Part shown: in pieces, positions 12,701 through 25,300 of the stretch | Layout: each line of letters begins with the position of its first letter | Numbering within the stretch: position 1 is the stretch's first letter | Source of the DNA: Octopus bimaculoides | Taxonomy: Eukaryota | Length of the DNA stretch: 64,000 bases | NCBI RefSeq assembly: GCF_001194135.2 | Contig: NC_068984.1 | Coordinates: 24,926,999 to 24,990,998 of the forward strand | Direction: 5' to 3' | Notes under the pieces: generated by a model | What the model was told of the DNA's origin: nothing | Database searches by the model: none | Seen by the model: the letters and a program-made list of their open reading frames with translations, nothing else | Program-made: the position numbers and the translations under genes

Positions 12701-14068
12701 TTAATGTTTGAGAAAACCTTTAATTTTACATCTCTATAAATGTGATGCATCGTGTTTGTTTATACGAAATAATTGTTGTTAGAGCATCAAACTAGCAGAA
12801 TCATTAAAGAGTCAGAAAAAATACCTTGTGACATTTGTTTTGGCTCTTCACATTCTGAGTTCAAATCTCACTTTGGGATTGATAGAGCAAAATTATTACA
12901 AGTGAGAATCAAAACTAGGTTTTAAACTTTGCTTATCAGGAGCTTCTCCTTTATGATGCTTCTAACACTAAGTGTTCGATCTCTTGTAATTCTATTTATG
13001 AATCTAGTTTAGAGCTAAACCAGACAGATTCTCTACCTTTCTCTGGCTACTTATCAAATCCTGATCAACCTCAATGGATTAAACTTTACAATGGACATTA
13101 AAAGGTGTGTTTATTTGAATAGATCATTAAACAAACTTGTTAGATAGACTACCACTGAACTGGAATTACTTCTTTGAGGAAATACTTGAAAATGCTTACC
13201 TTCATCCTTAACTATGGTAACAATAGTTTTGGTAATTTTACCAAGTGTAGCTCCTCCGCCAGTTTCCAGTAAGCTTAGCTGGAAACACTCATCTTTCTCG
13301 GCTGTCTGAAAATAGAAGTAAGGCAGCTTATTGATCACAGTTGAATTATTGTCTATCTGTGTTTGAAATTCCTTATCAGTCTATGTTGTCCAAAGTATAT
13401 TCATAACCTGATGACCCCTAGACTTCTCTGTAGCTTTTCTGTAGTCTTCTTCAGCTCACTAAAGGTATGTTCTGTGCTATGAACTGCCTATCTGATATAT
13501 CAAACTATTGGCCTATGTGAGATGAGGTTTGGTATATAAACTATAGATTCTGAACTTAATGCTTGGGTGTTTTACTCTTTACTCTTTTACTTGTTTCAGT
13601 CATTTGACTGCGGCCATGCTGGAGCACCGCCTTTAATCGAGCAAGTCGACCCCGGGACTTATTCTTTGGAAGCCTAGGACCTATTCTATCGGTCTCTTTT
13701 TGCTGAACCACTAGCATCGGTTGTCAAGCAATGCTAGGGGGACAAACACAGACACACAAACACATATATACATACTATAACTCTCCGCTTATAGATATAA
13801 TAATCGATTCCTTTACTATTTCTGTCTCCGATGAAGGGATGCATTGGATCTTCCCTGAAACAGCTGTAAGACTCTATCCATAAAATATATTTCTAACTTT
13901 ACCATTGTTCTCTTTATCATTTTATATATTTATACATACATACGCTAATACACGACTTATAATCCCCAATCCTGTTCATACAACGATTGGGGCACAACTA
14001 GCCGGTATACAGCACTTACTCGGTATTACCTGTATCTTTGGGTTTGGTTAAATTCAATACCCTCCTTA

Positions 14069-14106
<38 letters not shown>

Positions 14107-16181
14107 NNNNNNNNNNNNNNNNNNNNNNNNNNNNNNNNNNNNNNNNNNNNNNNNNNNNNNNNNNNNNNNNNNNNNNNNATATATATGACGGGCTTCTTTC
14201 AGTTTCTGTTTACCAAATCCACTCACAAGGCTTTGGTCAGCCCAAGGCTATAGTAGAAGACATTTGCCCAAGATGCTACGCAGTGGGACTGAACCCAGAA
14301 CCATGTGGTTGGTAAGCGAGCTACTTACCACACAGTCACTCCTGCGCCTAATAAATAAGATATATAATATTTGACACGTAAAAAGCACCATTTGAGTGCG
14401 ATCGTTTCCAGCTTCGCCTTACTGTTTTATCATCATCGTCATTTAACGTCCGCTTTCCATGCTAGCATGGGTTGGACGATTTGACTGAGGACTGGTGAAA
14501 CCGGATGGCAACACCAGCCTCCAATCTGATTTGGCAGAGTTTCTACAGCTGGATGCTCTTCCTAACGCCAACCACTCAGAGAGTGTAGTGGGTGCTTTTA
14601 CGTGTCACCCGCACAAAGGCCAGTCAGGCAGTAGTGGCAACGGCCACGCTCAAAATGGTGTATTTTATGTGCCACCCACACAAGAGCCAGTCCAGGGGCA
14701 CTGGCAACGATCTCGCTCGAAAGATTTTAGAAAAATACACTCATCATCGTTTTGAAGTCTATTTTTCTATGCTTGATTAAATCTAATGGAATTTGTTGAG
14801 GCAGATGTTTTTTGTGTCAGATGTCCTTCTTGTCCCCCAACCTTTAACTGGTTCAAAGCAAAGTTATATTGCTTCTTTTAAATAGATTGTATTAATTAAA
14901 AAAGTAAATTTACCTTAGTATCATAAATAAAGACTTCAATGTTCTTAAGAATTTCGCCATTTTCAAAGGTAAGTTCACCTTCTCCACCAAAATAATCAAC
15001 ACCAGCATGAGCTGTCATGTCCTTTGTCTTCCATTTTACACTGACATGTCCATCAGCTCCATTTGATCTTTTTACAGGAATTTTTACTTTCCGAGAGCTT
15101 TCAGTGACAAGAACACTTGGTTTGGTGAACTCCAAGACTCCAGGTTCTGAAATGTGAACAATTTGCTTTTGATCAAATAACAATGGAGAGTTTCATCAGA
15201 TTATGTATATAATAGATTCAATAAACCTTTGTATATTATATTATTTGTGTGCTACTGGGAAGAAGATAATTAACTAAGTAAGCATTTCATTAACTCTTGA
15301 TTTAAAAGAAGCTAAAGATTTTTGGAGTCTTATTTTTTTTTCAATGTTTTTCTTATGACTGCAAAAATTTTATTAAAATTTTTTCATGATTGACATTTTA
15401 TGAAACAGCAATAGATGAAAATCTAATCTTAAAACAGCTTTTAGATAAAAATATCAATGTGTATAACACAATGTATATACAAATGTAGAACAGTGCTGGT
15501 TGTGATATATTGTCTCAGAGAAACTTCTCTTAGCTTTTAAGTATTAATAATACAGAGCTCACTCAGAATGTCATTAGTAGTGTTTCAACCTCCTCGGTAA
15601 CAACCACACTCAGACACTCTGGACCAAGATGAAATCTTTGTTCCAATATGGCAGTCAGTAAACAAAACATTCTTTGGTATATGTGAAAGTTGGCCAGGTT
15701 AAAATTAAATCAATATACACACTTGAAGCAACATTACATTACAATAATGATGTATATATGACATAAGTTATATACAAACATAGAATCCTGCTTGCTGTGA
15801 AATTTTGTTTGAGAGAGGCTTCTTTTAAGAGACTCTGTATGTTAAAAACACAGAGCTGCAACAATCCCATCTATTATTCAGACAGTATATCTAACACGGC
15901 AATATCTTATCTGTCCTTCTATAGTATTTGAAGCAGTTTTGTTTGTTATTTCCAGCAGTTATTTCCACAAAGGCTCCCAGCTACCTTCTCTTTTGCCCAA
16001 AGGATACTTATGGCAGTCAAGGGCCAGTGAGAAATACATTTCTTGGCTATGGACACTATGCATGGTGAATCATCTTGTTTGTTGTTGACACAACGTTTTG
16101 GCTGATATACCCTCCAGCCTTCATCAGGTGTCTTGGGGGAATTTTGAACCTGGGTTCTCATTCCTAAGGTATTTTTCGATG

Positions 16182-16219
<38 letters not shown>

Positions 16220-16307
16220 ATCACTGCCTGGAATCGAATGCAGAATCTTGGGGTTAGTAGCCCGTGCTCTTAAACCCCAAGATTCCAAGTTCAATTCCAG
16301 GCAGTGA

Positions 16308-16361
<54 letters not shown>

Positions 16362-19300
16362 CATTGAAAAATACCTTAGGAATGAGGACCCAGGTTGAAA
16401 ATTTCCCCAAGACACCTGATAAAGGTGGAGGGTATATCAGCCGAAACATTGTGTTAATAACAAACAAAATGAGGACAAATATCCGCCAATTGTAAATAAT
16501 GTACATAATTCCTCATCTCTTAAATATAGAACTATAATACAATACATACAATAAAAACATATGAATAAAGGAATCTAGGAGAAAAAGAAGACCAGAAAAT
16601 GATTATGCAAAATACAGTCAATGAAGACAGTTACATCAAGAGGTGCCAATTTCTAATTGTAGAGGGAATATATGGAAGGGGTAGACCCAGGAAGGCATAG
16701 GGCAAAATGGTGAGAAAGGATCTACAGACATTGAGATTCATACAGGAGATGACAGGGAAGCTGGGACACCTGACAGTTTGCTGTGCTTGAAAAGACAGAG
16801 CAAGCTGAGTAAAAGCATGGTTGCCCTTGCCTTTTGGTTCATCTCCTGCAACCCTCTCCAGCTGAGCATCCCTTATCTTGTAGGTTCATAGGTGCTGGTG
16901 CCACATAAAAAGCACTCATGCCAATGCTGTGTAAAAGCACCCAGTACACTTTGTAAAGTGGTTGGTGTTAGAAAGGGCATCCAGCCATAGAAACCATGCC
17001 AAAACAGACATGAAGCCTGAACTGTCCTTCAGCTGGTCAGTTCCTGTCAAACCGTCCAACCCATGCCTGCATGGAAAATGGACATCAAATGATGATGAGC
17101 AGAACTCAGAAACAACATTTCTAGGCAAATTCACTCTTTTGCTTCCCACATGCAGGTGAAAATGTATAACGTGAGAAACTAAAATAGTACTTCTCTGATC
17201 GTTCTCAACCTTCTTTATATTTATACTTAAGGACACAGACATGGTTGTCTGGTTAAGAAGTTTGTATTAAAACCATATGATTCTAAATTTGATACTACTG
17301 CACAGCATCTTGGTGCATGGGGGAGGGGGGCTTATTTTCTCAAGTTATGAGTGGAATTTGCTACACAGAAACTGTGAAAGCCAGTCATATTTTACATGTA
17401 TATATGTAAATCATTTGTTAATATCTTTTAATGAAGGATATGAAAACATTGAAAACTTAGTTCTCTTCAAACAAAGTCCCCTGTTCATATTTGTTCTACA
17501 CTAAGTTACATAGATATTTCTCTGTCACTCTTGGTGTTGGAAATACAGTGAACAAATGATTTTGACTGTCAGAGGGTACACGAAATTGTGATGTAAAAGA
17601 AAATAAGGTGAAAAGCATTTCGTTGGAAAATAAAAAAACGAAATGGACCAGACAGAACAGAAGGAGGTATGTGAGGTGGAGAGTTGCTGAAGAGGTTACA
17701 GGATATGGGACAAAAAGTTTCCAATGGGAATAAAATAAGAACAACAATAAACAAGTGAAGGATGAATATATAGTGCATGTGTCTATTTGGCAAGAAAAAA
17801 AAATGACCATCCCAAAATATAACAAAAAAGAAAATGTGTGCATTTAAAGATATGAATAGAGTACATAACCTACCGTCATCATTAATGATTGTCACTTGCA
17901 TGATATAATTTTTAGCAAGAGTGACTTCAGTGTTGTCAGGAAGAAGTGACAACTGAACAAAGAAAAACTCATCAGGTTCCCATTCAAAGTCATCAATAAT
18001 CTCCACATAGACAGTGCGTAACATTTCATTTTCTTGGAATTGGATGATTTCATTCAAAGGTTTATAATCACTACCTGGTGTAGCAGTGCCAGGAACTGTT
18101 TCAACTCTAAATAGATTAAATGGACACCAGTTAATAAATCTGCATGCATCAATCAAAAGAAATATGTGTGACAAGAATAAAGCATCTAGTTCAGTGCTTA
18201 ATTGTTTACTTTTGTTAAATAGGATGAAGAATCTATAGTCTGATGGGAAATAACTTATGAAATATATCTAATGAAACAATAACATTTGCTTGGGAAATCA
18301 TCAAAAAATATGATTGATTTCAGTACAACTGTAAAACATGAGAGGAGGAAGGGAGACTACTGGGGAGTTGACTGATTCTTCCTGGATGGAAAACACATAA
18401 GTAAACCACAGTAAATATTGTAAACTAGACTTAGAAAGTTTACAATGAGGCTAATATTAACCTACAGTAAATACAGAATACAGATGAGGTAAAAACACAT
18501 GATCAACAAATCAAGTACACAGAAAAACCAGGAGAGACGTACTACTTCTATACATGTTGGTATATACACAGAACTGGTTTTATCAGGAATAGAGATGTTT
18601 CAGAAAGAATTTAAAGGGGTATTAAATTGTACAGGGGGTCTCTCAGCAAGTAATAGTTATTAACAACTCAACAATTTAGATAACCATCAAGTCTTGGTTT
18701 TCAGTTCCCCACTGCTTATTATAGTGCTTGAACCTATGATAGGAGTTCAAAACTGGTTGTACATAGTAACTTCTGAATGCTGATGAAGGGAAGTTCCAAA
18801 CAGGGATCGGAGTTTAGAATTGAGAAGCCCAAAGGTCAATTTATCAAAGACCACACTCCATACGCAGATAAGGAGCAAATAGGAACTCTATACTGTCTAC
18901 CTGAAAGGGTACATAATATAGAGCTAACAGAAAAATATTGAGAATGTGTCCGCATGGATGATGGTTCACTTGCACCAAACGAGGCTGCACAGAGAGAGGT
19001 TTGGACACGCCACTATAAAAGGTTGCTAAATAAAGAAAATGAATGGGAGAAAGAGAGTCTGCTGAATGTCGATCCAACAGAGGGGCCAGCTATCCGAATT
19101 GACAGTACCTTGGTAGATAAAGCAATTAAGAATATGAAGACAGGGAAAGCCCCCGGCCCACCAGGAATCACTGCAGAGATGCTCAAAATATCTGGCGGTG
19201 TTGGCTATAGCCTAGTCACCTGTATAGTTAACCATGTGATACAGAAAGGAGTCATACCCAATGACTGGTGAAACAGCACAATAGTCAACTGCTACAAAGG

Positions 19301-22300
19301 TAAAGGTGATGCAAAAGAAGAATGTATTGGTATGTGTATCATCATCATCGTTGTTTAACATCTGCTTTTCATGCTGGCATGGGTTGGATGGTTTGACTGA
19401 GATCTGGTAGGCCAGGAGGCTGCACCAGGTTCCAATCTGATTTGGCAAGGTTTCTACAGCTGGATGCCCTTCCTAACGCCAACCACTCCAAGAGTGTAGT
19501 GGGTGCTTTTTACATGCCAGTCAAGCAACACTGGCATCTGCCAAGCTTGAATGGTGCTTTTTGCATGCCACCAGCATGGATGCCAGTCAGGTGGCACTGG
19601 CACCAACCACACTCAAATGGTACATTTTACGTTTCACTGGCACAGGTGGAAATCAGGCAGCACTGGCATCAGCCACACTCGGATGGTGTTTTTTGCATGC
19701 CACCTGCATGGGTGCCAGTCAAGCAACACTGGCATCAACCACGACTACAATTTCACATGCTGCAACAGGTCTTCACAAGCATGGCATATCGCCCAACGAC
19801 TGAAGAGTGCTTTTAAGTGGGCCAGTTATGCAACACTTGCATCAGCCACACCTACGATCTCACTTGCTGGGTCTTCTCAAGCACAGCATATTTCCAAAGG
19901 TCTCAGTTGCTTATCATTGCCTGGCTGAGGTGCATAGGCTGAGATACTGGTTGCTATTCCTTGTTGCAGCACTAAAAGAAATGCAAGTAAATGAATCCTG
20001 TAAAGGAGAGACACTACAGAAAACAAGCAGAAGGGAGGAAAACCGAAGAAGACATAGGTAGAGTAAAGGATATTTCGGGATATTGAACCACACACAGATG
20101 ACAAAAGACCATACCAAGGGGAGAGAATTTGTGCTGAAAATTAACCATACAACCGATGCAAGTGTAGAAAAGGCAGCATAAAGATGATGCTGATGACATC
20201 TGGATTATTTATTCTTTAGATAATTTCATTTTCCTTCACAAACCAACGTACAATTGTGTGTTTTTGATTATTGTTGAAAGAATCATGTCACCAAGTATGA
20301 TGACAGTTATGCTTCATTGTTGTGTTCATAATAAGGCCAAAATAGGTTTCGAATCATTTTCCATACTTGCAGAAGAAAATTAAAATAGCATCAATTACTG
20401 ATTAACGTTGTTTTTTTAACTCACTGCTTAATTATTTCTAGTTAACTTTTGAGTGCTCATAACACAAGCTACTGTTTTTCATACTACCTATTAAATATGT
20501 TAAAACTAACTGTTTGTCATGTGTCTGAATTGTTCTCTGAATACTTCTATTTTACATGAAATGGAATGTCTATTATATAGAAATAGCTAATACAATAATT
20601 TGAACCCAAAACATGCCCACTTACAGGTGTCTCTTATTTATTCACAAGAAAATGTCATGCCAAGTTGTACAACTTACCTTACTTGCACAGGAATATCCAT
20701 TTTACCAGTTCTCCTAATACCAACTCGGACCTTCTTTTCACTCTCCAGTACAGCCACTCCTGATGCAGTAAATTCTACAACAGCTTTTTTACCACCTTCA
20801 GAGTGGTCTTTTGCACGGCGAACACGTGAGGCCTCACGTTCTTCTTTTGGTAACTTCAACTCCTCATGCAGCTGTCAAAAACAATGGGAATGAAGAAATC
20901 AGTCAATTAGACAAAGAAAACAGCATCAACAAGCAAAGGAACCAATTAGACCAGTGGTTGCCAAGGAGGTGATGTTTTCCCTTGAATAAAATGTGAAATT
21001 GTTGCACTTTACAAATTGCTATAGAATCCTGGAAATTGCTGTTTTTTAAAAATTATTTTGGGGCAGGGAGGAGGAAGAAGCTATAGCCATGACTTTCCAA
21101 GACCATCAAGATTATTGTAGTTAACATTCTTCTTGAATAGTTACAAGTTGATGGTTGCAGGTAAAACATGAGCAGAGAGAGAATTCCAGAAGGATAACAG
21201 TCTGGGGCTGAAGGACTGAGAAAAGTGGTTAGTGTAGAGCCAGGAAGTGGATAATTTTTTTTTAATATGGCACAGTTTATGACCTGCAGTGAGGAATAGC
21301 AGAGAGACAAATAAGTTTGGGAATAACTGATTAGATGTTTAGAAAAGTTTAAAGAATTCAAATTAATCAATGCTGTCAAAATAACTTCAGAGAAAGAAAT
21401 ATTTAAAGGAAATAAAAACAATAGAATTTCATTATAGAAAAGTCATTTAAGAACACAAATTTTGCTATATTCACTTTTCATTGTAATTCTGTCACCTGGT
21501 AACTGCTAATTCCACTGCTCTTTTGAAAATCTGTTACTGATGAGTTTTATAAGCCTCAGATTTGTTTTTACTTTGTTTTTTGACCTGTAAGTCTATATAA
21601 TACATTTCATGGTTGACCTTTTGATAGGCTGAAAGAGAAAAGTAGAGGAACCTAAAAGGGACCAATGGTAGCCCATGTCAAAAGACCTGACAGCAACTAT
21701 GCAGTGAATCCACAGTCAAACATTTTAAAATAAAAACCCTGAGGTTTATAAAAACTCATCAGTGATTGATTTTTAGCAAAGCAGTGGAACTGCATCAAAT
21801 TGCAGAAGAGCAACAAAAATGTTGGCACCTTATAAAAAAAAGATTAATATAACATTTCATGAATTCTTAAATGGCTAAGATAACTTCTCCATAATGTAAT
21901 TGCTTCAGTTTCTACACACAGTCTCAGGTCAATTCACTTGCCAAAAAAGAAATATTATTAACATTATATACTCATTCAATATACTGTCTTATCATGGTTA
22001 CATAAAGAATTACAGCAATGTTGGGCTCCACTTTAAGTGAAAGAGAATGAATCATTTTCATGCCAAATTACCAAAATAATAACCTATCACAACTGTTGCA
22101 ATATATCTATGGCAAAGACATTTAATTCCTACTGGTTGAATTCATCTACTTTTACAAAACAGCTTACTATTTTATATAATTAACAAGTATGGTGTTAACT
22201 GACATTTCGGAAATGACATGTTCTTATGCTCCCGGAGAAAGAAATAAGAAGCTGCTTTATGACTGGCAGACTTGTTAGAGCTTTGGAAAAAGTGCTTTGC

Positions 22301-25300
22301 AGTGTTTGTTGCAGGCCCTTACATTCTGAGTTCAAATCATGCTAAATCAACTTTGCCCTTCATCCAATGAAATAATATACCAATCAAGCACTGGTTAGTG
22401 GTACCAACTAACTACTTGTCCTCAAAATTGCTGGCCTTGTGCCAATATAAGAAACAAATATCTGGTCCCATATCAGAGTTTCCAATGACATTTGTTACAC
22501 CTGTTATTGATCTGATCCTCATTTCTGATGACTGTCATCATAGAATGGCTACTGTACTACAGTGTTCTAAGATAAGCTCATCATTTCCAAAGATTCACCA
22601 TCAGGTGGATATCTTACTTCACTAGAAGAAATTCAATGATAGTAACATCTAAATGTAGTTCAGTCAGATCTCCAGGCTTATCAAAGGAGGCTGGCCAGCA
22701 CAAATATGATACTGATGTCAAGAAATAATTTATTGACAGTGAGTTTCTTTTACAAAAAATATTATTTCAAATAGACAATTAGTCCAATTAAATGATGGAA
22801 TTAATAAAATAAAGAAATGACAATCAAAAGTAAATAGAAAGTACCTCAACTTTGCCAACTAATTACTATAAAGATATTTTGTTCTTGACCCATAGAACTC
22901 CATTAGACCTGTTACTCAGTTTCCATGGTTTATAAGTGACTGAGAATCACAACATTCTCCCTGAATGAACCACCAGTCTATTGCAGGGTTTAAAGGTAGC
23001 AATTCTGGAAGGAGGAGACATCAATTACATGGGGGCCAAGTACATCCTGAAAGGATGAAGAGTAGCGGTGACTACAACAATATTTAACTCAAAACAGAGA
23101 ATCAGTTGGAAAAATGCTCAACAGCATTTTTCTAATGCACTAACAATTCTACCAGCTCACCTCCTAATAAGGAAATATAAATAATATTGCTCTCCTGTTG
23201 GATAATCATGCCATTTCAATTCTGTATGCAGTACAGAAATTTCTATTATCTCCCATCATTGTATAGTCTGCATAGTCAGAAGCCTTCATATAATTTACTA
23301 TGTCACACTATGTTGCTGGAAGTGTTTGTTTATTAGAATGAAAGAATAACTTAACAAAAATGAACAGGTTTTATTCACACAGATGAAAGATCAAAACTCA
23401 AAAATCTTCCCCTTCTGATTCATAATTAAAGACATTTTATATATGAATATCTTCTGAAACCTGCAACAACTTTTCTTCCTTAGTCATATACCCTTTGCCA
23501 CTTTAGTGTGATAGGTAGATGTCTTAAAAAAGAATTAGATAGTTAAAGGATTCATATCATTGGGTAAGTTAATATATTTCTGTTGTTTAGGAATTTCAAG
23601 TAGGATATCAACAGAAATTATTAGAAAAGGAAATAGTCTTTTTAATGAAACATAGACATAAGCTGTAGATCATGTTGTGGAGAAAAAGATAATGAATTAA
23701 ATGGTGTTACAACATAGAATGCAAGGTTATTAATTAAGGTTCAAACCATACTGTGCAAATGTGCATACATGCTGAAGTAATATGATTAAAATATGCAAAA
23801 TATAATGTGATATAGAAATCCATGCAACATGTCAAGTTTGTTCTGGAAGAATCCAATGCTAAACCAAAATACATAAAGGAAACAGGCAAATTTTCTTTTA
23901 AAAATGGGTGTGTCATTAGGAAATGGGGTGTATTAAGAATGCCAGTAAAAAAATTCTTACTTTTAATTCACTTACCTGTGCACTGTCTCCATCAAAGAAA
24001 AATGGAATTGTGCCATAAAAATAAATTTATCAAGTCTCTCGGACAACCAAGGTTTCACCCACATAATCTCTTCCAAAAGATGAACTAGTACACTTAAAAG
24101 CTCCTACATTTTGTACACATCTGAACAAACTTCTGAGTTATCAAGTCAAAAAGAGCCTAAAGAAACATTTCATCAAGACTTTACTATTCATTATTCCACT
24201 CTCTTTAACCCTTTAGCATTCAGATTATTCTGTCAAATGTAAAGCTTATGTATTCACACCATGTAAAATTAATCTTGCATCATTTCATGGCTTTGAGATT
24301 TCAATTATGTGATTGTTTATTTTTAAAATGACACAATAAGGTAGCTATGAATGACCATATCTGACTAGTTTGAACATAAAACAGGTAGATTATTTTAGCC
24401 AGATATGGCCGGTTTAAGTACTAAAGGGTTAAAGTTAGACCAAATGAACAGATACTGATCTGGATTTTCTTACCCTAAAGCTCAATAACTAATTCATTTC
24501 ACAATCCAATGTTAAACTTTAGCTAAAAAGATAACTCATAACATTTGTCTCTAAAACATTTTATTGATGGGGCTTTTTTTTATGGAGCTTAAATTTCTCA
24601 GAGTTTATAACTGCTCCAAATACAAACCAAGAGTCACACTATCAGGGATAAGATAATTAAGTTTGCAGATGTATGGTCTAAGACCAGATAGCTTCTAAGT
24701 TCAAAGTTTCTGTAGTGCCAAGACAATCCACTTAGAATGCTTATCTAATGGGTAATATCTGCCAGACAGGGCAAATGAGAATGAACTCATATTCAAAGTG
24801 TGCTAGTAGTACACACCTTTACTGTTTCTAAATATAACACACTTTTTGTTTTTACTAAACATAGTATATTGTTATTTAAACACTAGTATTAGTCTTATAA
24901 AACAATATTCAAGTTATTTCATTCTCATGGTCAGTACGCTTCATTTCCACACCACTAAGAATAAAATATTTTCCTACTAATAAAATATATGCTGTAAAAT
25001 TGAAATTCATGACCCGTCACATGTAGCCTATTAACAAGCTTGCCTACAAGACACTTTAGCCATGAAAAAATAAAATTTACATGCATAAAAACAGATGACT
25101 GACAGAAGTATGTAATCTTTTTAGAGCACCCCAAAATACTGTACTAATTAGAAAGGAGCTATGAATTACAGAATTACATCATAGGGTGGTACAAAATAAC
25201 ATCAGGAAGTGTAAAATAATTACTTGTAGTAGTCCCATAGTTTAAGTGTTTATTGTACAGTATTAAGGGGACAGGGACACAAACACATGAATTAAACCAT

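Noticed and set aside
16240-16310. tRNA-like sequences here and in SINE heads
   Set aside because: No complete cloverleaf; these are repeat-derived, so no tRNA gene is called.
18780-18812. CTGATGA...AAAC hammerhead-like text
   Set aside because: No viable stem II or III and no stem I partner.
23161-23163. 3-nt candidate ag|GAG|gtgagc
   Set aside because: The donor is supplied by the end of a SINE copy.
23976-23982. Strong donor CAG|GTAAGT with 7- or 11-nt exon options
   Set aside because: No frame-preserving acceptor.
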